A stretch of 31,771 nucleotides of DNA from a virus (taxonomy: Duplodnaviria; Caudoviricetes): positions 1 to 31,771 of IMG/VR virus record IMGVR_UViG_3300049043_000038, one strand, 5' to 3'. Shown piece by piece: positions 1 through 8,559 of this stretch. Every line of letters starts with the position of its first letter. The first letter of the stretch is position 1. The position numbers and the translations under genes are program-made. Below the pieces are notes generated by a model. The model did not search any database. It was not told the DNA's origin and worked only from the letters and a program-made list of their open reading frames with translations.

Positions 1-290
1 CGTTCCAAACCTCTTCAACGGTCGTGCTGCTCCTGTACAGGGCCCGCAGCCGGGCAGGCTGTGGCCGATCACGACATTCGATAAGGCCTGGTCGCGGGCG
101 ATGCGGAGCGCCAGCTGCAGGGCTGCACGTTCCATCGGCTGCGGCACCGGTTCGACCAGCGTCTACCGGCGACGGGGGACCTGCTGACCACGGCGAAGGT
201 CTGCCGCACCGGTCGATCAATACGACCCAGGTCTACGCGCCGGTCGCGGATAAGCGGTGTATGAGGCCGTCCTGGCGATCTCGGCCTGCT
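1..290 (+). CDS. Tyrosine recombinase/integrase, C-terminal fragment (5' truncated, frameshifted)
   Basis: Joining frames gives ...CTFHRLRHRF.TSVYR.TGDLLTTAKVC.HRSINTTQVYA.VADKR.YEAVLAIS, containing the HxLRH box and the H...TTQVY catalytic-Tyr box of lambda-Int family recombinases. Confidence 0.8.
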
Positions 291-492
291 GCGCGCGAAC
301 GGCCTCGCCTCCTTGCTGGGGGCGAGGCCGAATGCCACGACGATTGGGTGCCTGTATGACGGAATCGCCACGCGCTATCATTTACTGGTCGAGCGACCGT
401 GACGGTCTGGCCGACTCCCTCCCTCCGTGCAACGCGCAGCGGCTCATCCCGTGAGCCGGTGCAGGCTGACTGGTGCAGTCGAAAGGATCGCA

Positions 493-666
493 ATGTCCGA
501 GGGCCAGGCGAAGAAGGTCGTCGTGTTCAGCCTGACCAAGCCAAAGTCCGAGGTGCCGTTCGCGCGGCTCACCACGCGCGACTCAAGAAGTTCGCCAAGA
601 TGCGAGCGCACTTCGAGGACATCGGGGCCTGCGTCGCGCGTCGAGGTCGAGGGCTTCAAGGGCTAA
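493..666 (+). CDS. Small hypothetical protein (frameshifted)
   Basis: GAAAGGA RBS before ATG 493; MSEGQAKKVVVFSLTKPKSEVPF...LKKFAKMRAHFEDIG...VEVEGFKG* spread over two frames. Confidence 0.45.
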   Translation: MSEGQAKKVVVFSLTKPKSEVPFARLTTRDSRSSPRCERTSRTSGPASRVEVEGFKG

Positions 667-691
667 GACGCGAAAGGACCCCCAGGATCGA

Positions 692-1237
692 TCAGTGATC
701 CTCGAGGTCTTCCCTGTGCGGCTCGAGGTTCATGCTCCCGAACGGGGTCCAGGCACTCCACCGAGATACCGGATGCCCCAGCGCGGGAACGTGCGCGGTG
801 CCTGGCCGATGCGGCCCTTGGCCTGGTAGTCGTTCTCAGGCACTTCCAGTCGGTCTGCGGCCGATGGCGATGGCGACGTGCCCGTACTTGCCGCCGCTGT
901 AGTAGAGCAGGCGCCGCGTGGCGCGTCGGACGGGTCTCCGCCGATCGTCTTGCGCCTCGCCGGGATCTTCTTCCAGGCGCCGATCGCCGAGCCGTTCCAC
1001 GCCGGACGCCGTAGGCCTGGCGGCAGAAGCTCTCGGCAGGCCGGGTCCAGTCCTGGGTCGGGTCCTTGACCTGCTCCCAGCCGAAGTCGATGGCCTCGTC
1101 CACGGCGGCGCTTGCGCCAGCCGCGCGGCCTCGGAGGAATCCACCGGGTGCGACCTGGCTCGGACTCCGGCAGCGCTCGGCGAACTGGCCCGCGCCGTCG
1201 GCGTGATCCTGGCCTGGTCCTCCATCGTCGCGGTCAC
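692..1237 (-). CDS. Actinophage-type endolysin, CHAP/NlpC-P60-like peptidase
   Basis: Reassembled VDEAIDFGWEQVKDPTQDW...SFCRQAYGV..WNGSAIGAWKKI...APRGALLYYSGGKYGHVAIAIG...WGIRYLG.SAWTP; GHV motif; directly downstream of a holin. Confidence 0.7.
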
Positions 1238-1468
1238 TTGCCGCTCCCGATGAGAAAGGTGGTGCCCTTCGTGCCGTACCTCGCTGGCCGCGATGGACGC
1301 GAGCAGCGAGACCAGGCCGGCGCCTCCGCCGATGCTGAGCAGAGTTCACCCAGTCGACGCCGACGAGACCCGGCCATGCCGGGGCCGAGGACGGCGAGCA
1401 TCGCGGCAGCAGCGGAGCGGATGGCCGGCTCTGCGGCGGACCTCCAGAAGTACAGTGGACAGGTGCAT
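1234..1468 (-). CDS. r1t-type holin
   Basis: Reassembled ..FWRSAAE.AIRSAAAAMLAVLGPGMAGLVGVDWVN.LSIGGGAGLVSLLASIAASE..; FW..AAERA and vDW motifs with two hydrophobic segments. Confidence 0.75.
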
Positions 1469-1469
1469 G

Positions 1470-1711
1470 TCAGGTGCCTCTCTGATTCATGTGCCAGTCG
1501 ATGTGCCCGTCGACCTTGGACTCGACCTGATCGACGACCTTCTTCTCGATGCGGTCCAGCTTGTTCCGGGCACGCACTGCCCGCCGTTCGGCTTGAACTC
1601 CGCCAGGACCTTGTTGAGCCGCGTGTCGATCAGGTCGGAACTCCAGGATGCCGAGCAGACGATGCCGCCGATGGTCAGCACGGTGAGCACCTGCGCGAGG
1701 TCGATGGCCAC
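1470..1711 (-). CDS. Actinophage lysis-region membrane protein (N-terminal TM, 'EFKPNGG' motif)
   Basis: VAIDLAQVLTVLTIGGIVCSASW..IDTRLNKVLAEFKPNGG..RDKLDRIEKKV.DQVESKVDGHIDWHMNQ; typical of small proteins next to actinophage holins. Confidence 0.6.
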
Positions 1712-2034
1712 GGCGCCACCTCCGGCGATGCGGGAGGCACGAACACGCACGGCGACCGGGTCATACGACCAGCCCATGCCCGGGTAGGCGCCACGGAAGT
1801 TCCCGTTGTAACTGCACTGCAGCCAGGTGCCGGTGAAGCCGCGACTCGCAGCATCGCCTGGCCGTTGGGCTCCGTGTCGGGGAACTCCAGCGTACCGCAG
1901 CCTGCGTGCTCCTCCGGGTCCCACATCTCCGGCGGGACGTTCGCCTCGCCGATGCAGCCGCCAATGGAGCAGTTGGAGACGACGACGACGCTGCGGACGA
2001 TGTTGCCTTCGTCGATTTCAGCGAAGTGAGCCAT
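1708..2034 (-). CDS. Conserved phage protein of the MAHFAEID...SYNGNFR...YD family (tail-fibre associated)
   Basis: MAHFAEIDEGNIVRSVVVVSN...RGFTGTWLQCSYNGNFRGAYPGMGWSYDPVA..FVPP across two frames; this family usually follows Gly-rich fibre genes. Confidence 0.7.
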
Positions 2035-2045
2035 GAGTGAGTCCT

Positions 2046-3184
2046 TCAGCCCGAAGAGAAGGATGACGATGCCGGAACCGCCATTGCCGCCACTGGTGAT
2101 TCCGCCGCCGCCGCCGCCGCCGGTATTTGCGCCAGCCGGATTTCCCGTGGTCGTGTCGCCATTGGCACCACCGCCGGCACGTCCTGTTCCACCAGAGGGT
2201 GTTTCCGCCGCCGCGCGCCGCCGCCTGCCCTCGGTGACGCTGCTGCCGGGTAACTGGAACCGGCAGCGCCTGCCGCACCGGCCCCACCCGTTGCAGGAAG
2301 CGGTCGCGTTCGCTCCAACCGCTGCAGCACCGCGCTCCGCCACCGCCAGCGAAAGACGGCCCCGGTGCCTCCGTTGTCGCCTTGGCCCGACAGGCCAGCG
2401 CCTCCGGACGCCCCAGTTCCTCCGACGACCACCACCCGAACCACCAGGCTGTACCTGCCGTCGTGCTGGTTATCTCCGTCCCGCCGCCGCCGACTGGCAT
2501 ACAGGAACGCCAAGCGGCTCGACACTCCGTTGGTGGCAGTGGTTCCGCCTGCAGCCAATCGTCACGGTGTGAGTGCCGGATGGTAGAGACGCATCGGTGA
2601 TTGACAGGTACCCGCCACCGCGACCGCCGCCGGTATCGGCGCCGCCGCCGCCACCGACCAGCAGCACCTCCACCAGGCCCGCCTGGCTGTTCGTGATCGA
2701 CCCCGACCCCGTGAACTGGACACACGTCTTGCCCGACACCCGCGGTAACCGTGGGGGCTACCAGTGGTCGCGGCTGCGTATGCGTGGCTTTTGGGAGGCC
2801 CTAACCCTTTGGCAAGGCTGCCAGGTGTTGGTCCCGAGTTTCACGAGAGTGGCCGATTCGAGCGGGGCGAGGACGGGTGGTCCCGGCTGACTGCGCGTTG
2901 AGCGTCACGCCCGCAGCGGTCCCGATGGTGAACGATCCGGCCGTCCCGGCGTTCATCACGCCGATGACCGCGCCGGTGTCGAAGGCCGCGGTCGTGTTCG
3001 TCGGGATCGTCGCCTGTCCGCCCGGACGAGTTGGACCAGGGTCAGGAAGCCGTCGAGGGTCAACGCGAAGGTGTAGGACGTCCCGGTCTGCGGATTTTGA
3101 TGGAGACGCCCTCCCACTGGTGTCCGTGAGGTCCGCGGTTACGGTCAGCACGTCCCCGAGGCCCAGGAGTTCTTGATCAGCCAT
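2046..3184 (-). CDS. Glycine-rich domain tail/fibre protein (frameshifted; possibly two genes)
   Basis: N-part TIPTNTTAAFDTGAVIGVMNAG...ATLVKLGTNTW; C-part VQFTGSGSIT...VEVLLVGGGGG...ANTGGGGGGG..GGNGGSGIVILLFG, the standard Gly-rich domain termini. Confidence 0.75.
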
Positions 3185-3195
3185 CGCCGCTCCCT

Positions 3196-4260
3196 TCAGA
3201 AGCCGAGTTGGCTCGAGCTGAGGAACCGAAGTCGGGGACGAGTTCAGGACGAAGCCGGTGGTCGTTCTCGCTCATCGTGAACGTCGACGAAGTGCGGTCA
3301 ATGCCGATCTGATGCTCGATCGCGTCGGCGCTCTAACACTGGCGACGCGGCAGAGCCGACGGCGTTGATGTTCGGCGGCGACATCGCCACGGTCACCGCG
3401 TCGCCGAGTTCCAGGTCCAGCACCTGGCCTTGCTGCGTCAGGTGGTCGAAGGACTCCGGCGGCGCGGTCACGGAGTCGACGCGTGTCGGTGCCTGTAGGA
3501 GGCCACCAGCCAGTCGGCGAGTCGCTGCGCCTGCAGGTTCCCCGAAGCACGGTGTCCAGCGAGTAGCTCGGACTGGCCGTAGGACTTGGATCCGGCCGCT
3601 CGCATCGGACGCGGTGACAGTCCCGCCGACCACTCGAGCCAGCAGTAGGTCACCGACGCGCTTGCTTGTTCTTCATCTTCGCCGTGCGTCAGGCTTCGCG
3701 GCCTGGTACTCGATGACCGGCACGCCGCCGACGCCGAACGTGACATTGCCAGATGTCGGGTTCTGCAGGTCGGAGCGGGACGGAGACGTCGGCCACGCCG
3801 TCGCGGGCCGTGAAGAACGCGCCCGGCTCGGACTGCTCGACCTGCTGGATGTAGGCGAGGACGTTCACGCCGTCGGCTATCACGTCGGAGTCGAGGGTCG
3901 CGTTGCCGGTGGACAAGGGCTCGCTCGAGCGTCGGCCAGCCCGCACACGTCGGCGCCGTGCCGACCCGCGCGCACCTGGCGTGGTGCCCGGTGCGGTGCC
4001 TGCCGATGTCGGCCGGCCTGCGCCAGGAGACGCGAAGCCGTCGTCGACCGCGCGGACGTCGCGCCGTCGAGTCGCCGCTCAGGCTACGTCGTCCCGATGT
4101 CCACGACTCCACGCCGCCGGAGTAGATTGGATAGCCGTCGCCGGTGGTCTTCACCTGCTTGCGCGGCACGATCGAGCCGGAGTACGGACTGCTGGCGTAG
4201 TTCGGGGTCGTAGTTTCGCGTGCGGTTGTCGAGGTATCGGCAGCCCGGCGATCGTCACCA
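3196..4260 (-). CDS. Siphovirus-type minor tail protein (5' truncated at chimera junction, frameshifted)
   Basis: SSPYSGSIVPRKQV...YPIYSG.VESW...NVLAYIQQVEQSEPGAFFTARDGVATFR...VLDLELGDAVTV...HFVTFTMSE...SQLGF*. Confidence 0.65.
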
Positions 4261-4262
4261 TG

Positions 4263-4289
4263 ATGCTCTTCGTTCAGTTACGTATTGCT
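4263..4289 (+). other. Oxford Nanopore ligation adapter remnant; chimeric-read junction
   Basis: CTTCGTTCAGTTACGTATTGCT at 4268-4289 is a 22-nt exact match to the 3' part of the ONT adapter AATGTACTTCGTTCAGTTACGTATTGCT; composition and gene content change abruptly here. Confidence 0.95.
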
Positions 4290-5636
4290 GACTTCAGGCG
4301 GCATGTCTTGGCCCAGTAAATCAGCATGCCGCCGCCTGCCGCTGCTGTCATGGGAATGCCGTAACGCTTGAGAATGTTGATCAGGCTGTCGTCAAAAGCG
4401 ACGAGAGTTGTAGCTGCCACTTCCTGCCGCACTGCGTGACCTCCGTCCAAATATCGAATGCCTTTCACGCCTGACTTCTTCATGTCGTCGGCCAACAGTT
4501 CCGCCGTTTCTTATGTTGGGCGTAAGCAATTCCCCCAGCGAAGTGCTCCGTCCGTCGTTTTTATAACTACCAAGAGCGTCACGCACAGCGGCAGGCTGCG
4601 CGCTGTAGGGCTGGTCCCAATCAATAAGTTCGTCAGGCTTTACGTTAAGGCGGACTTGGTACATGGAGCCGCCTGCATTGTTAAATTTGTCCGGCCAGCC
4701 TGCACTTTCAAGAGTAGCCAGTGCTTGTCTGACATTTGGCGATGTGTCGCCGCAAAACGGGACGTTAAATGGCGTTTGAGCGCACAATGTCCCAGCTTGG
4801 CTGTGCCTTTTGGTTGATAAGTGAGTTTTCAACTTTGCATGGATATATTGTTAACAACGTCCCACGAGCCTTCAATGTCGTCTAACAAGTCCTTGTATCG
4901 ATTTGGGAAGCACAGGGGTGTCCTGAAGCCTGTTAGGTGCAAGCCCGTCGCGATATTCTTTTGCAACCGCCTCTTTTTCTGCAAAATGAAGCCCGTCCCC
5001 AAAAGCCTGCGCCCCCTCGCCCGTCCCGATCTTGCTCATGTCGAACTCGTCGAAAGTGTGCGGGCTTCCGTGGTACAGCGAGGATTCCTCCGTCCGCCTG
5101 ATCGGCAAGCCGCGTCAGCACTGGCCCTGAGCCATCGACGTCGTCAGGCTTACCTGCGCCGAGCGTACACCCCGCTTTGTTCGCCAAGCCTTCCACCTCG
5201 TCCGCCGCGCGAGCGAGATAGGGTTTACCGAACTTCGAAACTCTCCCCGCCCCCAAGGTCAAGCCAGCCAGGGCCAGTTCATCTGTAATGTCGGCAGGAC
5301 AACCCGTAAGGTCTTCCACGGGCTTGCCGACATAGGTGTTTACCGCTTCACCAACAGGCTGAAAGATAGGGCTGAGGATCGGACTGAGCGCCGCACGGAG
5401 CAGGCGCGCCAGAGCCAGCCTGTGCCACCCAGGGCGATCCGGAGGAATGCCCGTCAGCACGTCGCCACGTTCGACAGGATCGCCAAGCCCCTGCGCGCTG
5501 CGTTCGGCCCCGGCCATAAAGTCGTCCCGCACCCGCCCGCCATAGGCTTGCATTTCGTCGGCGAGCTGCTCGAGGCGCGTCTTGCGGCGCTCTGGCATTT
5601 TCTTGCCGACTTGCTTGGCCAGAACTTATCCGCCAT
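4290..5636 (-). CDS. ADP-ribosyltransferase-fold (ART-PolyVal-like) domain protein with hydrophobic N-terminal region; 3' end cut at adapter
   Basis: YHGSPHTFDEFDMSKIGTGEGAQAFGDGLHFAEKEAVAKEY ... GSMYQVRLNVKPDELIDWDQP ... GVKGIRYLDG.SR.....YN.VAFDDSLINILKRY reassembled from ORFs 5454-5636, 4933-5598, 4872-5108, 4392-4832 and 4274-4495. Confidence 0.65.
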
Positions 5637-5890
5637 CGCATTCCCTCACATGCCATTCCGCCAGTGAATTGTGCTTCATTCGTAAAGCCTCATAGCGGCC
5701 AATGTCCTCGACAGTACTCGCCCACGACTTCGGCTTGCGTCTTCGCCGGCGCCTCGCCTTTAGTCCCAGAAAGGTTTCGCCGGCAACAGCAGTTCCGCCG
5801 GGGGTTGGGGGCACGTCGCCCCTTCTCGAAGGCGCTGCAGCTGCTCAGCAACATGCACGTTAAGATTGCACTCAGGGTTTGACGGAACAT
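5626..5890 (-). CDS. o-spanin (Rz1-like outer-membrane lipoprotein)
   Basis: MFRQTLSAILTCMLLSSC lipobox, Pro-rich CPQPPAELLLP, C-terminal YEALRMKHNSLAEW; starts inside the i-spanin gene in another frame. Confidence 0.75.
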
Positions 5891-6134
5891 ATTTGATCAC
5901 AGTCTGCTTGACGGTCTTGATCTTCTCGACCACGCGGGATCGGGCTTCAGCCAGTTCACGTTGCGCCTTCAGCCGGGCCACGTCGGCGGCGACCCTGCGT
6001 TCCAGTTCGTTGCGAAGCTCGAGCCGATAGCCTTCGGCAGTGGCGGCTTTCAACCGCCAGCCATTGGCTATCCAGCCTGCATAGATCAGCCCCAGAACGA
6101 ACGCGGCCCAGAGGCCGAGCCGAAGGAAGGTCAC
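5760..6134 (-). CDS. i-spanin (Rz-like)
   Basis: N-terminal TM (LGLWAAFVLGLIYAGWIANGWRL), coiled coil, VKQTVIKYV...C; overlaps the Rz1-like gene; true stop uncertain because of an indel. Confidence 0.75.
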   Translation of the reverse strand: MTFLRLGLWAAFVLGLIYAGWIANGWRLKAATAEGYRLELRNELERRVAADVARLKAQRELAEARSRVVEKIKTVKQTVIKYVPSNPECNLNVHVAEQLQRLREGATCPQPPAELLLPAKPFWD

Positions 6135-6370
6135 GGCTTGGGCAGATTCGTGGGCTGGTTCGCCGCCCCGACAGCCGTCAACGCAATCAACAGCGCATTG
6201 ACTTCGTTCAGGTAGGGAATGGTGAAGCCTGACCCGAATGTGTCCAGCACAACACTGACAGCAACAACAAGCGCACTGATCACCGAAGCGACAGCGGCAA
6301 TGCGGGTCTTGTAGCCCGGAAAATAATTGAGCGTAGAGACAACAACGTCAATTGCAAGTTTCCAGTTCAT
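6131..6370 (-). CDS. Putative holin (two TM segments)
   Basis: 79 aa, GYKT motif followed by two hydrophobic helices; lies between endolysin and spanins. Confidence 0.65.
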   Translation of the reverse strand: MNWKLAIDVVVSTLNYFPGYKTRIAAVASVISALVVAVSVVLDTFGSGFTIPYLNEVNALLIALTAVGAANQPTNLPKP

Positions 6371-6383
6371 AAATAATTCCTTT

Positions 6384-6605
6384 CTACTGTGTCCCGACTT
6401 TCACGCCAAAATACGCGAGCAGATCCCCGACAGCGGCGATCACCGAATAACCGAGGATCAGCACATAACGCGCCCCGCGAAGCTGGTGCAGGACAGCCGT
6501 CAGCCCCTTCACCTCTGTCCGCAACATGGTGACCTCGCTGGTCAAACTCAAAACCTGACCCTGTAATTTCCCAACGTCCTGGTGCAGTTCGGCAATCGTT
6601 GTCAT
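6384..6605 (-). CDS. Coiled-coil plus C-terminal TM lysis protein (holin/antiholin-like)
   Basis: MTTIAELHQDVGKLQGQVLSLTSEV...RGARYVLILGYSVIAAVGDLLAYFG; ATGA overlap with the endolysin stop. Confidence 0.6.
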   Translation of the reverse strand: MTTIAELHQDVGKLQGQVLSLTSEVTMLRTEVKGLTAVLHQLRGARYVLILGYSVIAAVGDLLAYFGVKVGTQ

Positions 6606-6976
6606 GGGTAGAACTTCCTGTTGAGTTCGATATGCGGGTAATCCTTGAAAGAACGCCAATCCCCGCCCGAGACGATTGGCACCTTCATGTCCTTCGACGC
6701 TTGCTTGAAAACTGAAATGACCGGCAGGAAGGCAGGCGTCTTCCATGTGACCTTGCCGTTGATCAAGGGTGCGAAGTCGATCGCGTGCCCGGTCAGGTGG
6801 CGCGAGTTCATGGTCTTCGACAGGCCCTTGGCGAAGAGTTCCTGCTGGCGCTGAATGTTGCGCAGGCCTTCGGTGACAATGAAACTGTCCGGGGCAAGCT
6901 CTGCCGCGCGCTTCACCACGCGCACAAGGTCAGGGTGCACGCCTTTCAGCGCGCTGAGGCTTCGTGTGTTGAGCAT
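6602..6976 (-). CDS. Endolysin, M15 family L-Ala-D-Glu peptidase (T5-like)
   Basis: LKGVHPDLVRVV...VTEGLR...QQELFAKG.SKTMNSRHLTGHAID...GGDW.SFKDYPHIEL; Zn ligands H, D, H; likely start is the ATG at 6976. Confidence 0.92.
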   Translation of the reverse strand: MLNTRSLSALKGVHPDLVRVVKRAAELAPDSFIVTEGLRNIQRQQELFAKGLSKTMNSRHLTGHAIDFAPLINGKVTWKTPAFLPVISVFKQASKDMKVPIVSGGDWRSFKDYPHIELNRKFYP

Positions 6977-6999
6977 GTCGTTTGCCTTGAATGGAACTG

Positions 7000-7099
7000 C
7001 GGCACCGCCAGACGGAGGGCTAGCGGTGCCGGGGGCGGCTGGTTTCAGGGGGACCAGCCGCAACCCCGCGCGCGAAGGTGGGGAAGCGGCGCGGGGGTT
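7000..7099 (-). ncRNA. Three tandem GC-rich hairpins with C-rich loops (putative structured RNA)
   Basis: Stems 7000-7010/7021-7031, 7035-7043/7053-7061 and 7062-7073/7086-7099 fill the tail fibre-endolysin intergenic region. Confidence 0.5.
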
Positions 7100-8309
7100 A
7101 CTGATCGCCCATGAATATGGCGTGAATCGTTCCGTTGTCCTGACCAGTGCCCGCGCTGGCAGACTGCGTAAGTATGTTGCACGTTGTCGTGGCTAGCGAG
7201 CCGCTGGTAACCAAAATGTTTTGACCTATCGCTGTCTCTGCCGTTCCAACGACACAATAGGCGGCGTCTCGACATTGCCGTCGTAAAGGTCACAGTATAA
7301 GTCCCGGCGCTAGCACCACGAGAAACGCTAGTGACGTTGTGACTGCTGGTGATCGTGCAGCTTCCCGTAGTTGCACGGCTGACAAAGGAAACCCATGCTT
7401 TGACCGCCCCAGGGTGGAACCTTGCACGCCCCGCCGTCACCAGCGCAGTGGTGGAAGAAGCGCCTTCCATGTCTGCTTGGGTCGCAATAAAGTCAGCGTT
7501 GTTCACAGGCGAACCAGAGGCGCGTGTGTAATTCACGCACCGCCAGTTCGACCCCGAAGCGTCCGTCGCCGCCTCGTTGACAAACTCCGCAACGTCACCC
7601 GCAACGGTCGTGATATTGACCGCGCCGGGCAGGATAAAGCTGGTGCCGTTGTGGGTCAGTTGCAGGGAGGCTGCAAAACGCAACAAGATCCGCCTGCCAC
7701 CCTGCGCCGTCGATATGCCCGTGATCGTGGTCGTGCCCGTGACGTTGAAGACACCGCCACCGCCGGAAGGAAGCGACAAGGTAGACGCTGACGCGATATC
7801 ACTGCCCCGCTGCCAAAGACCGGCCAAAGCGTCAGGCGTGACTGCCTTGCCTGCTTTCCGTGCCCGTCAAAACTTCCGCAACCGTCGCCGCGTTGATCAG
7901 GCTGTCCACCGGGCCTTCGTTGATCCAGGCGCTGTTCGCGGCATTGCGTCGATACACATTCCGTCGGTGGTGTTGTGATACCGAAGGAACGGGTAAGTCG
8001 CAGACGGGGCGCTGGCAATGCTTATAAGCTGCTGCGTGGCGTCAACGGGATCGAGCGTGTCAATGGCGACATTGGCTGAAGTCTGAAGCACCACCTTGTA
8101 GCGCCCGGCCACAAGGTAGATATCAGGAAACCGCCCGTTCGCGTCCGCAAGAACCGGGTTTGCATTGACCGAGGTCAAACCTGCGTCGGAATATGTGGCC
8201 TTCGGGGTTGTGGTTCCCGTTTCGTAGAAGAAGGCTTTGGCGCTAGCGTATGGAGCGCCATTGCCGTCGCAACGAGGGTTTGGCCGGATAGGGTGAAGAG
8301 TTGAGCCAT
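7098..8309 (-). CDS. Tail fibre/spike protein with conserved podovirus N-terminal attachment domain
   Basis: GAPYASAKAFFYETGTTTPKATYSDAGLTSVNANPVLADANGR; then IASASTLSL..VTGTTTIT..LTHNGTSFILPGAVNITTVAGD; C-terminal AVKAWVSF...SHNVTSVSR..GTYTVTFTTAM. Confidence 0.8.
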
Positions 8310-8337
8310 AAAACTGCCCTTAGCTGGAGTTTTTGAA

Positions 8338-8559
8338 ATGCCACTTTGGCGTCAAATATGCGGGCCGCTGATCATGGCCGGGTTCGGAATGATCTTTTTG
8401 GTGTTCGGCAAGTTCGGATTTGCTGGCGCCGCACTTGGTGTGCTTGTGACTTACTTCGCGTTTGGCGTTGGTATGGGTTACTGGTGGGGCAACCCGTCAG
8501 ACGACTACGTCATTGAACTAATGCGGATACTTCGAGAGCGCGGGATCATTCGCTGGTAG
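8338..8559 (+). CDS. Small two-TM membrane protein antisense to the late operon (superinfection-exclusion candidate)
   Basis: Intact 73-aa ORF with GGAG RBS and two hydrophobic helices; convergent on the last ejection gene. Confidence 0.65.
   Translation: MPLWRQICGPLIMAGFGMIFLVFGKFGFAGAALGVLVTYFAFGVGMGYWWGNPSDDYVIELMRILRERGIIRW

Noticed and set aside
2085-2180. (CCG)n runs resembling a tandem repeat or array
   Set aside because: They encode poly-Gly tracts of the Gly-rich protein on the minus strand.
4290-4330. Adapter-adjacent sequence as the physical phage genome terminus
   Set aside because: It falls inside a coding region, and a single read end cannot be distinguished from random shearing.
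692-6976. One phage with both Gram-positive-type and Gram-negative-type lysis cassettes (cross-phylum host range)
   Set aside because: The two cassettes lie on opposite sides of the adapter junction at 4263-4289.
6977-7063. N-terminal extension of the endolysin (ORF track start 7063) as a signal/SAR region
   Set aside because: The extension runs through the hairpin cluster and is Pro/Ala-rich noise; homology begins at the ATG at 6976, which has an AAGG RBS.
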